From positions 3,325 to 67,324 of the IMG/VR virus record IMGVR_UViG_3300050821_010673: a DNA stretch of 64,000 nucleotides; one strand, written 5' to 3'. Source of the DNA: a virus. Numbering within the stretch: position 1 is the first letter of the stretch; the number at the start of each line of letters is the position of its first letter. Shown piece by piece: positions 1-9,273 of the stretch. Position numbers and translations under genes: made by a program. Under the pieces are notes generated by a model. The model was not told where the DNA came from. It ran no database searches and saw only the letters and a list, made by a program, of their open reading frames with translations.

Positions 1-154
1 GCAGGACGCAGTAGATATGGATCGATCCGTTCGCACAAAGCGTCGCGATGCAGTGGTGCATCTCGACCTGTTTCGATCCGAACATCGCCGTGCTGAGAGG
101 GCAAAGCGCCTTGACCTGCGGTAGAAGTATCCTCTCTCGACCCATCGACCCCTA

Positions 155-183
155 TATATAGATAGCAGGCCTTTCTGAGTCAA
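155..183 (-). promoter_or_regulatory. possible divergent sigma70-type promoter
   Basis: Minus strand TTGACT, 17 nt spacer, TATATA. Confidence 0.4.
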
Positions 184-206
184 CAGAATCTTTTCACGAA
201 TTTTGC

Positions 207-234
207 TTGACAGGGGCCCTGTGGGAGCTATACT
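207..234 (+). promoter_or_regulatory. sigma70-type promoter for the replication operon
   Basis: TTGACA (207-212), 16 nt spacer, TATACT (229-234). Confidence 0.7.
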
Positions 235-240
235 TCTGAC

Positions 241-383
241 GTGGGCACCCGATACGGCGTAGAGTCTCTGAACCTTCGCGGCCGGGGTAAAAGTCTGTCC
301 GTGGTTGTCTCCGGCACGGGTGCCCACACATCCAGCGCCGGTAGCGCGGATGGATCCAGGGCCGCGAGGGTTCAGCGGCTCTA
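241..383 (+). ncRNA. structured 5' leader / candidate cis-regulatory RNA
   Basis: 241-251 pairs perfectly with 317-327; 260-283 pairs with 360-383 (G-U wobbles, one mismatch); begins at the predicted transcription start. Confidence 0.4.
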
Positions 384-445
384 GGCTGGCACGTTCGCTC
401 GGGGCGGAGGAACCCCGGACGGACGGGAAGAAGAAGGAGGATCGA

Positions 446-2230
446 GTGGTCACCAAGAGCGTCGCGCCCCCGACGAATCGGGAAAATTTGCACCCCTGGA
501 CCTTCACCGCCGAACAGCTGCTCGCGCACTTCACGCCCGGCAAGACCCCTCGCCCCCAGCAGACGCACTTCCTGGAGCGGGCCGCCGCCGCCTTCGCCGC
601 CGGGAAGCGGGTCGTCGTCGGTGAGCTGCCGACCGGCGCCGGGAAGACCGACGCCTGCAAGACCGTCGCGAACGCGCTCCGGTCGATCGGCAAGTCGACC
701 TTCATGCTGACTTCTCAGAGGATTCTCCAAGATCAGTACGCCGACGATTATCCGGCGCCGGACATAGAGACCTTGAAGGGCCGGGCGAACTACGCCTGCA
801 CGCACCCCAGCGCCGAGGAGGGCCAGGACGCCGCCGACGGGGTCTGCCGCCGCCGGGCGAAGGGGATCCTGGGCGAGTGCCTGACCGACGACGCCCGGCC
901 GATCGCCGAGGCCGCTCAGCTGACGCCGATGCAGGCCGCAGTCAGCCTGGAGCTCCCGTCCGGCTGCCACCTGTGTCCGTACTGGGCTCAGCTGCAGCGC
1001 TGCCACGACGCCGCGATCTCGCTCTTCAACTTCTCCAGCTTCCTGTTCCAGCAGCGGATCTCGCGCTTCCCGAAGCGCGCCCTCATGATCGTCGACGAGG
1101 CGCACAACTGCGAGTCCCAGCTGATGAGCTTCGTCACGCTGGAGCTCTCGGAGTGGGCGCTCTCGCTCGTGGGAGTCCGGATCGACCGGGAGATCCGGAC
1201 GAAGGCGGAGTTCCTGGACTGGCTGGCGGAGACGGACCTCGTCGCGCTGATCCTTCGGCGCCTGAAGGCCGCCGAGAACGACGCCGAGGACTCGATGGAC
1301 TCCGACGACGTGGACCTGTCGGCGGCCGAGGTCGATGCGCTGAAGGAACTGGACGGCAAGCTCGCGAACTTCATGGCCTTCCTGGAGAAGACCGAGTGGG
1401 TCCTGGAGGTCGTCCGGTACAACGACAAGCGGACCGGCGACGAGCGCCGGAAGATCGTCGCCCGGCCCCTCTACGCCAAGGACTTCGCGCAGGACCTCCT
1501 GTTCCGGCACGCCGAGCGCCTCGTCTTCATGTCGGCGACGATCCTGGACGTCCAGGTCTTGGCGAAGAACCTCGGTCTCTCGATGGACGAGATCGAGCTG
1601 GTCCGGACCCCCTGCGACTTTCCGATCGAGAACCGGCCGATCTACAAGGACTACTGCGGGAACTTCGGCTTCAAGTACTTCACGGCCGAGCAGAACCCGA
1701 AGGACCCGACCAAGCCGAAGTTCGTCCGGAAAGTCACCGAGATCCTGGAGCGTCACCGCGGCCAGCGTGGCATCGTCCACTGCCACTCGTTCTCGCTCTC
1801 GAAGATCCTGTTCGACGAGGTCGACACGGATCGTTTCCTGTTCCAGGATCACTTCGACTCGAAGGAGGCCATGCTGGCCGAGCACGCCCGCCGGACCGAC
1901 TCCGTGATCGTCGCTCCCGCGATGCACGAGGGTCTCGATCTGAAGGGCGACCTGTCTCGTTTTCAGGTGATCGCGAAGATGCCCTGGCCGAACATGCAGG
2001 ACCGGATCATCAAGCGGCGCATGGACATGGACTCCCAGTGGTATGCGTGGCTGTGCGCCCTCAAGATCGTCCAGAGCTATGGCCGGTCGGTCCGCTCGCG
2101 CGAGGACTGGGCCGTCACGTACATCCTGGATGCGGGCTTCGAGTCCTTCCTCTGGAAGAACGCGAAGATGCTGCCAGACTGGTTCCACGAGGCGCTCCGG
2201 AAGGGCGTCCCGAAGGAGGTGCGCCGGTGA
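446..2230 (+). CDS. DinG/XPD (Rad3)-family SF2 helicase
   Basis: GELPTGAGKT Walker A, DEAH, Fe-S-type Cys (YAC..C..CPY), MSAT, QSYGRSVR; GTG start after AAGGAGG. Confidence 0.9.
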   Translation: MVTKSVAPPTNRENLHPWTFTAEQLLAHFTPGKTPRPQQTHFLERAAAAFAAGKRVVVGELPTGAGKTDACKTVANALRSIGKSTFMLTSQRILQDQYADDYPAPDIETLKGRANYACTHPSAEEGQDAADGVCRRRAKGILGECLTDDARPIAEAAQLTPMQAAVSLELPSGCHLCPYWAQLQRCHDAAISLFNFSSFLFQQRISRFPKRALMIVDEAHNCESQLMSFVTLELSEWALSLVGVRIDREIRTKAEFLDWLAETDLVALILRRLKAAENDAEDSMDSDDVDLSAAEVDALKELDGKLANFMAFLEKTEWVLEVVRYNDKRTGDERRKIVARPLYAKDFAQDLLFRHAERLVFMSATILDVQVLAKNLGLSMDEIELVRTPCDFPIENRPIYKDYCGNFGFKYFTAEQNPKDPTKPKFVRKVTEILERHRGQRGIVHCHSFSLSKILFDEVDTDRFLFQDHFDSKEAMLAEHARRTDSVIVAPAMHEGLDLKGDLSRFQVIAKMPWPNMQDRIIKRRMDMDSQWYAWLCALKIVQSYGRSVRSREDWAVTYILDAGFESFLWKNAKMLPDWFHEALRKGVPKEVRR

Positions 2231-2457
2231 ACGAGCTCGTCGTCACGATCGTCCTGTGCGGCTGGTGCCACAGCGCCCGGCCGATCCGGGTCGACGGCGC
2301 CGAGGGCGTCCCGCCGGGCCTGCACAATGCGAAGCTGCAGATCTCCCACAGCATGTGCACGACCTGTGAGGTCAAGTGGAGAAATGATGAAAGGAAAGGA
2401 GGTGTGACCCATTCCGACACACCAGTAAGGGACAATGCGACCGAGGAGACCGGGTAG
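2227..2457 (+). CDS. small Zn-finger protein
   Basis: GTGA overlap with helicase stop; CGWC...HSMCTTC. Confidence 0.55.
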   Translation: MNELVVTIVLCGWCHSARPIRVDGAEGVPPGLHNAKLQISHSMCTTCEVKWRNDERKGGVTHSDTPVRDNATEETG

Positions 2458-2493
2458 TTTTCGAGGCAAGGGGAAAGAAGAAGGAGGAACGTC

Positions 2494-3831
2494 GTGGCAT
2501 CGCAAGACCCGTTCGAGGATCCCGTCGTCCACAAGCAGTACCTGAAAGTCGCGCTCTCCGGTGAGGGGGGCTCCGGGAAGACCCGGGCGCTCCTGTCCTT
2601 CCCGAAGCCCTGCGTGATCGACACCGAGAAGGGCACACTGCCGTACCGGGGCAAGTACGACTTCAAGGTGAAGGTCCTGAACCGCTGGCGCCAGCTAGAC
2701 GGCGTGCTCAAGTGGCTCCGGGCGAACCCCGGCGTCTACGAGACGCTCGCCATCGACTCGGCGACGATCTTCTACCTGGACCTGATCCAGGACATCGTCG
2801 ACTACATTCGCAACAAGCGCGGCAACGAGATCATGTCCCCCGGAGACTGGGGCATCGAGAAGCGCCGCTGGGCGGCCTTCCTTAATCAGCTGGTCGAGCT
2901 GCCGATGCATGTCGTCCTGTCGTTCCGCGAGAAGGCGGAGTACGAGGAGACGCTGAACAAGATGGGCGAGGAGGTCCGCAAGAAGAGCGGGAACTTCCTG
3001 GCGGAGGCCGACAAGCAGACTGAGTACATCTTCGACCTGGGCTACCGCTGCCACACCGAGCTGAACAAGAAGGACAAGACGACGAAGTTCCTGATGACCT
3101 GCACGAAGACCCGCTTCGACTGGTCACCGAAGTACGGGACCTGGGACGTGACCCAGAAGCGCGTCTACCAGGAGTTCTTCGCACCGCACGCCGAGAAGAT
3201 GCTGGACGCCCCGGACGCCCCGATCGTCGAACCCAGCGAGCCGATCCTGATCGTCCCGGACCCGACACCCGTCGAGCGGACCGCCGCCGCGATCGAGACC
3301 GTCGCCAGCGCGGATCCAGAGACCATCAAGGCCGCCGCCGAGAGCCTGTCGTCGTCGAAGGAAGATCCGAACGATCCGGCCATGGACGGCCTGCCGGATC
3401 GCCTGCCACCGCCGTCGACCCCAGAGGAATCCATCGCCGAGCTGAACGCTTTCTTCGGAGTCGCGAAGCCGGATCCGGAGGATCCTCCAGCGACGCTCGA
3501 GGACATCAAGGTCCTCATGACGAAGGGGAACGAGATGCGCTGGCCGGACGACGACCACAAGTGCCGGAAGCAGAACTGCTCGGCGAACGGGCACATCCAC
3601 CCGCACTTCAAGGCCGCCGATGGGAAGTCCCTGCTCCGGGCCGCCTACGGCGTCGAGTCCTCGAAGGAGCTTCGTAAGCCTCAGATCGAATTCCTGCACG
3701 ATCTGTTCGGCAAGGTACTCGCAGGAAAGGCCTACCTGACCAGGGACTCCGGCAACACGGTCTACGTCGCGAACCCCGCCGGGGAAACCGATGAGGAGGT
3801 GAAGAAGAAGGTCCTGGAATACGCGAAGTGA
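2494..3831 (+). CDS. AAA ATPase, Sak4/AAA_24-like recombination protein
   Basis: GEGGSGKT Walker A, IDTE, LAIDS Walker B; adjacent to SSB-like gene. Confidence 0.75.
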   Translation: MASQDPFEDPVVHKQYLKVALSGEGGSGKTRALLSFPKPCVIDTEKGTLPYRGKYDFKVKVLNRWRQLDGVLKWLRANPGVYETLAIDSATIFYLDLIQDIVDYIRNKRGNEIMSPGDWGIEKRRWAAFLNQLVELPMHVVLSFREKAEYEETLNKMGEEVRKKSGNFLAEADKQTEYIFDLGYRCHTELNKKDKTTKFLMTCTKTRFDWSPKYGTWDVTQKRVYQEFFAPHAEKMLDAPDAPIVEPSEPILIVPDPTPVERTAAAIETVASADPETIKAAAESLSSSKEDPNDPAMDGLPDRLPPPSTPEESIAELNAFFGVAKPDPEDPPATLEDIKVLMTKGNEMRWPDDDHKCRKQNCSANGHIHPHFKAADGKSLLRAAYGVESSKELRKPQIEFLHDLFGKVLAGKAYLTRDSGNTVYVANPAGETDEEVKKKVLEYAK

Positions 3832-3891
3832 GTTCCCTGGCTCTGGTGAGAGATCGATAGACGAGTTTTTATTGGAACGAAGGAGAAGAAG

Positions 3892-4518
3892 ATGACACAC
3901 GATCCGAGCAATCCGTTTGGAGACTTCGAGGACGACTTCCAGAAGACCGAGAAGGCCGCCGCGGCGGCGACGCCCGGCCGCGTCCCCGAGGAGACCTACA
4001 AGTTCGTCCTGACCGCGGTCGACCTGAAGGACGACGGCGTCCTGGTCGACAAGGAGGCCTTCGTCGCGAACTCCGGCTCGAAGGGCTTCAAGCTCTTCTG
4101 CGAGATCGTTGAGCCCGAGTCGGTCCCGAACCCGACGACCGGAGAGCCTCACATCACGAAGGGGGCAGTCCTGGAACATGTTTTCTGGATTACAGAAAAG
4201 AATCTTCCGTACGCCAAGCGGGACCTCGCGACGATCCTCGAGAGGGACGACTTCAAGCTCTCGGAGCTGATGTCGATCAACTGGGCCGGACGGACCTTCG
4301 AGGGCGTCGTCAAGGACGAGAAGCGGGACGGCTTCGTCCGAAGCCGGATCGCCTTCATCAACCCCTGGATCCCAGCGAAAGACAAGAAGGATCCGGCGAA
4401 GGGCGACGCGAAGCCCGCCGTGAAGCCCGAGCCGAAGAAGACAGAGCCCGTGAAGGGCGACGCGAAGCCGCCCGCCAAGACCGGGGCCAAGACGACCGGT
4501 CAGGCCAGCAGCTGGTAG
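3892..4518 (+). CDS. putative ssDNA-binding protein (DUF669-like)
   Basis: VPEETYKF N-terminal motif, beta-rich body, low-complexity tail ending in W; follows Sak4-like gene. Confidence 0.55.
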   Translation: MTHDPSNPFGDFEDDFQKTEKAAAAATPGRVPEETYKFVLTAVDLKDDGVLVDKEAFVANSGSKGFKLFCEIVEPESVPNPTTGEPHITKGAVLEHVFWITEKNLPYAKRDLATILERDDFKLSELMSINWAGRTFEGVVKDEKRDGFVRSRIAFINPWIPAKDKKDPAKGDAKPAVKPEPKKTEPVKGDAKPPAKTGAKTTGQASSW

Positions 4519-4528
4519 CGTTCCTCCA

Positions 4529-4565
4529 AAGAGGGACGGCGTGACCACACCGTCCCTCTTCTTCC
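4529..4565 (+). terminator. hairpin terminator
   Basis: AAGAGGGACGG/CCGTCCCTCTT 11-bp stem with pyrimidine-rich tail. Confidence 0.55.
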
Positions 4566-4656
4566 TCTGCTGTCCTGGGGCTCCGTAAGGCCCCCAGGGC
4601 AGCGATGGGAAGAACCCGTCGGGTGGGTTTCGAGGCGCGCGAGAGAAGAGGGGTCC

Positions 4657-7062
4657 ATGGCGGACGCACCGTCGGAGAAGATTACTCCGACGCAGTTCAT
4701 ACGCGAGCTCTGGTCGATCGCACCGGCCGACTGGATCGTCGAGTTCAACCTGCTGCAGTACCGGCCAACGCAGGAGAACCCGAACGACCTTCGGATGCGG
4801 GCGATCTTCTACACGGTGAAGCAGGTCCTCGATGACTGGGGCCCCGTCGAGGAGAATCTCCGGCTCCATAACCGGAATCAGGTCGAGAATATCCATCACG
4901 GGGTCAACCCTCGTTTCCGGAAACCCAAGAAGCACGGGACGAACGCCGACGTCTCCCACTACGTCGCCGCCTGGGTCGACGTCGACTTCCACGGCCACGA
5001 GGAGGCCGTCCGGAAGCAGTTCTTCGACATCGTCATGGACTTCCAGAAGCGGGCGCTCGACCCGTCCATCATCGTCGAGTCCGGCCGAGGCCTGCACGCC
5101 TACTGGCTCTTCGACAAGCCGTATCCGAAGGAGCTCGCCCGGCCCATCTGCGCCGGTATCCAGGACTACTTCAAGATCTCCGACCCGGTCCACGATCCCC
5201 GACGGATCCTCCGGATGCCGGGCTTCCTGAACCTGAAGAACCCGAAGGACCCGAAGATCTGCAGCGTATTCGATGCGACCTGGACGCGCTATCCGATTGA
5301 ACGATTCAAGGATTTCTCGATCACGGACTTCAAGAAGTCCGGAGAAGATCTTGAGATTGAAGAAGAAGAGAGGTCTGTTTCAAGTCTTACATCACTGAAA
5401 TCACGGGATCCAAAACTTCAAGAGGCGCTCTCAAAAGGCGTCGATGAAAGCGGAGGTCCGCACGGAGGAAGACATCTTTCTGCAACTGCTGTCGTCGGTT
5501 ATTTCTGTCGTTTTTCAAAGACCAAGAAAGTCGCTTCTGTCAATTCAGAAAACTGGAATAAGAAACTTTGCCGACCGCCGCTTCCAGACGAAGAAATCGA
5601 GCGGATGGTTGAGGACTTCTGGGCTAAAGAAGAAGTCCGTCGATCTGAAGTTAGAGAAGAGCGAAAGATCCTCAAGGAAAAGGAACGGGAGCTTAAAGGT
5701 CCAGATGACGGGCCGCCATGGTGGCGTGACGACGAATTCCTTCCCGAGGAGTTAGCTCGGTATATCTGCTCTCAGCACAAGATCATGGCGACGCCAATCG
5801 GCGATGATTACAAGGGCGTCACGCTCTATGTCTACAAAGACGGCGCTTATCGCTCAAGACTTGGATCATCGATCGAGACAGAGGTCAGGGACGCACTTGC
5901 TCGAGACGCAAAACCAGACCGAATCAATCAGGTTCTAGACCTAATTCATCGGTCCCAGAAGATTGACTATGAGGAGATCAATCCACGAGCCTGCGAACTC
6001 ATCAATGTCCAAAATGGAATGCTTGATTGGAAGACTGGGGAACTGTCACCACACGATCCGAAGTATCTTTCGACGATCCAAATCTCCGCGGAGTACCAGC
6101 CGGACGCAAAGTGCGAAGCGCTCGACAAGTTCTTTACCGACGTTTTTCCTCCAGACTGTGTTGCTTTAGCGGAAGAGTTCGTCGGTTATCTGTTGATCCC
6201 AGACACCAGACTTCAAAAGGCTTTTATCGCGGTTGGCGCTGGAGGTAACGGAAAGGGGACTTTCTTAAAAATTCTAACCTCGCTCCTTGGGAAAGAGAAC
6301 GTCTCGACCATGGACATTCACACCCTCGAGGACGACAAGTTCGCGACTGCTGCACTCGTTGGAAAGCTGGCGAATGTCCACCATGATCTAAGTCGTAAGC
6401 AGCTCGAATCGACTAGTCGTTTCAAAACGCTTGTCTCTGGCGACCCGATCTCTGGAGAGAAGAAGTTTAAGGACGGCTTCACCTTCCGACCGTTTGCCCG
6501 GCTCGTCTTCTCGGCCAACGAGTTTCCTCGTTCTGAGGATAAAACGAACGCCTACTTCCGACGATTGATCTTCGTCGAGTTCCCGAACAGCTTCTCTGGA
6601 GCCGCAAGTGAAATTCTCGACTACGATCGGGTTTTAGCAAAGACCCCAGGCTTCATGTCAGCGCTTCTAAATCGAGGGGTTTCTGGACTTCGCCGAGTCA
6701 TCAACTCTGGCCGATTCTCGGTATCAGAAACGAGCACACGAACAATCGAGCAGTATAAGCGTGAGTGCAACTCCGCTTATGACTTTGTCCAGGAGTACTG
6801 TCATCTTGAGGAGTGGGGTTGGATCCCGCGCCAGAACATGTACCAGAAGTATCACGGTTGGTGCCAGGACAACGGACTCAAGCCAATGAGTTCAAAGAAT
6901 TTCGTAAACGGGATTAGAGACACGAAAGGAATTAAAGAGGTCAAGCGAGAAGGGGTTCGGGGTTGGCTTGGAATCTCCTGGACGAATGGAAATGGACCTA
7001 AAACTAGCGCCGAAGAGGTCCAGGCATTTGGCGATCAGAAGGCGGTTGGTAATGACTTTTAG
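4657..7062 (+). CDS. primase-helicase (RepB-like primase, PriCT, D5/P4-type SF3 helicase)
   Basis: WVDVD, ESGRGLHAYW, DPRRILRMPG; PPLPDEE; INVQNGMLD; GAGGNGKGT Walker A; FSAN; RRLIFVEF. Confidence 0.9.
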   Translation: MADAPSEKITPTQFIRELWSIAPADWIVEFNLLQYRPTQENPNDLRMRAIFYTVKQVLDDWGPVEENLRLHNRNQVENIHHGVNPRFRKPKKHGTNADVSHYVAAWVDVDFHGHEEAVRKQFFDIVMDFQKRALDPSIIVESGRGLHAYWLFDKPYPKELARPICAGIQDYFKISDPVHDPRRILRMPGFLNLKNPKDPKICSVFDATWTRYPIERFKDFSITDFKKSGEDLEIEEEERSVSSLTSLKSRDPKLQEALSKGVDESGGPHGGRHLSATAVVGYFCRFSKTKKVASVNSENWNKKLCRPPLPDEEIERMVEDFWAKEEVRRSEVREERKILKEKERELKGPDDGPPWWRDDEFLPEELARYICSQHKIMATPIGDDYKGVTLYVYKDGAYRSRLGSSIETEVRDALARDAKPDRINQVLDLIHRSQKIDYEEINPRACELINVQNGMLDWKTGELSPHDPKYLSTIQISAEYQPDAKCEALDKFFTDVFPPDCVALAEEFVGYLLIPDTRLQKAFIAVGAGGNGKGTFLKILTSLLGKENVSTMDIHTLEDDKFATAALVGKLANVHHDLSRKQLESTSRFKTLVSGDPISGEKKFKDGFTFRPFARLVFSANEFPRSEDKTNAYFRRLIFVEFPNSFSGAASEILDYDRVLAKTPGFMSALLNRGVSGLRRVINSGRFSVSETSTRTIEQYKRECNSAYDFVQEYCHLEEWGWIPRQNMYQKYHGWCQDNGLKPMSSKNFVNGIRDTKGIKEVKREGVRGWLGISWTNGNGPKTSAEEVQAFGDQKAVGNDF

Positions 7063-7074
7063 GGTTGTTTCCAG

Positions 7075-7329
7075 ACGGGGCACTTGGCGAGACAGCAACG
7101 TGCCCCGGATAGGCGTTTACATCATACTGAAAGATGGTTACTTACATATGGTAGATTCCACGGGGCACGACGGGGCACGAGATCTTATTTATTACGCCAC
7201 AGCTAGGATTGCTAACAAAACTTTTTGGTTTACCCATATAAGTGGGACATATGGGGAAAATAGAGGAAAAAGAGAGAATAGTAGGCTGTGGCATAACATA
7301 GAGGCTTCTTGTGCCCCGTCGTGCCCCGT
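7075..7329. repeat. putative replication origin with CGGGGCAC iterons
   Basis: ACGGGGCACGACGGGGCAC (7160-7178) and its exact reverse complement (7311-7329) flank an AT-rich stretch; further copies at 7075-7083 and 7099-7107. Confidence 0.65.
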
Positions 7330-7342
7330 TTGAGGTGATTCG

Positions 7343-7792
7343 ATGACTATCTTGATCGATGTTCCGAAGGATGTTCCTGTGCTTTTAGGTATCCCGTCAA
7401 CGGATGATCCAAACTGCAAGACCTGGAAAGTGTGGTGTCCAAATTGTAGAGAGTGGCACACTCACGGCGCTATCGAAGGGTATAGAGCTGCCCACTGTCG
7501 AGGTTCAATTTCAAAAGCTTATTACATCATGGCGATGGATAAGACACTCGCCCATAGAGTTAAGTCAAAAGCAAAATCGTATGGTCGCCGTCCAATGGGG
7601 AATGCTCTTAGGTTTTCTGTTTTTAAAAGAGATAACTTCACATGTCAGTACTGCGGGAATAAACCGTCTCAATCAGAGCTTATGGCGGACCATAAGATTT
7701 CAGTAAAGAACGGTGGGCAGACAACTCTTGAGAATCTCACAACGGCGTGCAGCGACTGTAATGCGGGAAAGGGGTCTAGCAATGTCGAGTAG
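7343..7792 (+). CDS. HNH endonuclease with N-terminal Zn-finger
   Basis: RDNFTCQYCG, DHKIS..GG, NLTTACSDCNAGK. Confidence 0.85.
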   Translation: MTILIDVPKDVPVLLGIPSTDDPNCKTWKVWCPNCREWHTHGAIEGYRAAHCRGSISKAYYIMAMDKTLAHRVKSKAKSYGRRPMGNALRFSVFKRDNFTCQYCGNKPSQSELMADHKISVKNGGQTTLENLTTACSDCNAGKGSSNVE

Positions 7793-8240
7793 CATCCAAG
7801 ACGTCATCGCCGCCAAGCAGAAAGCTATGATTCCTCAGCGACTCTCGACCGGCGCCGCAGTCCTCGGCCGCCTCTGGCGGGATGGCGTTCGCTGCCGGTC
7901 GGAGTGGTCCGGCGTCTGCCCGTGTGCCGAGCCGAACGACTTCTGCGCCTCGAAGGCGAAGTGGCTCGGCCTGCTCCGGGAGTACCACGGGGGGCTGCCG
8001 TACGGACTGTCCGGCGCCGAGGGCTACCTAGTCCTGGAGGCGATGACGACGGGGATGTTCGAGGCGACCGGCCTGACGCTCCTGGTCGCCCGGCCCGGCG
8101 ACCGCGTGCCGCTCCGGATCGGCCCGAAGGGGACGGACTTCCAGACCCTGATCGACCTCGCGGCGATCGACGACGACGCGGTCCAGGCCGTCGCGCTCGA
8201 CGCCGTCGTGAAACTCCAGGAGGTATTCCGTGCCGGATAG
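7782..8240 (+). CDS. hypothetical protein
   Basis: ATG overlapping HNH end; codon usage like the rest of the genome. Confidence 0.55.
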   Translation: MSSSIQDVIAAKQKAMIPQRLSTGAAVLGRLWRDGVRCRSEWSGVCPCAEPNDFCASKAKWLGLLREYHGGLPYGLSGAEGYLVLEAMTTGMFEATGLTLLVARPGDRVPLRIGPKGTDFQTLIDLAAIDDDAVQAVALDAVVKLQEVFRAG

Positions 8241-8466
8241 TAATCCCTTCGAGGACGTCGAGCGCGCGGTCTCGGAGATCATCGCGAAGCAGCTCGAGAT
8301 GGTCCGCGAGCTCGACTCGATGGAGGTCGACGTGACCTCCTGGGAGGCCGACTTCCTGAGCGACGTGATCGACCGTCTCGAGAAGAAGAAGATCCCCCTG
8401 ACGCAGGGACAGATCGACATCATCCATAAGATGTGCGACCGGTACGACCTGGAGTTCGACTTATAG
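8230..8466 (+). CDS. hypothetical phage protein
   Basis: TSWEADFL..LTQGQ motif typical of small phage ORFs. Confidence 0.6.
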   Translation: MPDSNPFEDVERAVSEIIAKQLEMVRELDSMEVDVTSWEADFLSDVIDRLEKKKIPLTQGQIDIIHKMCDRYDLEFDL

Positions 8467-8474
8467 GAGGCTCT

Positions 8475-8693
8475 ATGGCGAAGCAGCCGGATCTCTTCGG
8501 GCATCCTGAGCGGACGCCACGAGGCTGGACCGAGCTGGACCGGGTCCGCACCCGGTACTCCCGGCTCGTCCGTAAAGTCGCCGAAGGCGAGGCGACCGAG
8601 CGAGAACTGGAGGAGGCGCGTCGCCTCCAGGATCTGATCGTCGAACGCGAGAAGGAGGCGAGCAGGAAATGGGCGAAGTCCTTCGGAACCTAG
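8475..8693 (+). CDS. hypothetical protein
   Basis: AGGAGG RBS then ATG. Confidence 0.55.
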   Translation: MAKQPDLFGHPERTPRGWTELDRVRTRYSRLVRKVAEGEATERELEEARRLQDLIVEREKEASRKWAKSFGT

Positions 8694-8943
8694 CGCGCTC
8701 GGCGGCGCTCCTGGAGCTGGTCCGCGGTAGATCAGAGCCATGCTTTCTTTGCAAGTGGATCAGCCAGGATCTCGACACGAACGAGCAGATAACCGGATGG
8801 CCGCTCGACTGGAACAAGACGCCGGTCTTCCCGATCGAGGGGAAACTCGTCCACATCCTGCTAGAACTGGACGCGCCGCTGCCCGCCGACCCGGAGTCCG
8901 TCGAGGACCTCGCGTCCGTCGTCGCGCACGAACTGGAGGTCCG

Positions 8944-9273
8944 ATGCCAGAGGAACTGAAGAAGGTCTGCGGGGAGTGCCAGCAGCCCGCGATCTCGATG
9001 TGTCCGTACTGCCGGATGTTCGTCCATCATGACTTCGGCTACAACGGTCTCGCCTGCAGCCAGAAGCACGAGGCTCGCTGCAGCGGCGCCCGCTGGTCCA
9101 GGGAGCCAGAAAAGAAGCCGCTGAAAGGCGTGATAGACGAGAGGGTCACCCCCGTCGTGATGACCTACGGGGCGATCGAGATCAGGGTCGGTGAGATTCA
9201 GGCTGAGACTCGAACGAACGGCAACGGCAAGCACGCCAAGCCCGTCCAGCGTAGAAAGAATGGACGCCGATGA
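8944..9273 (+). CDS. Cys-rich hypothetical protein
   Basis: GGAGG RBS; CGEC..CPYC; stop overlaps next ATG. Confidence 0.55.
   Translation: MPEELKKVCGECQQPAISMCPYCRMFVHHDFGYNGLACSQKHEARCSGARWSREPEKKPLKGVIDERVTPVVMTYGAIEIRVGEIQAETRTNGNGKHAKPVQRRKNGRR

Noticed and set aside
194-5193. Long antisense and alternative-frame ORFs (194-2188, 877-2457, 3124-5193, and similar ones such as 47154-48710 and 57601-58974)
   Set aside because: Shadow ORFs caused by high GC3; they overlap genes with clear motifs.
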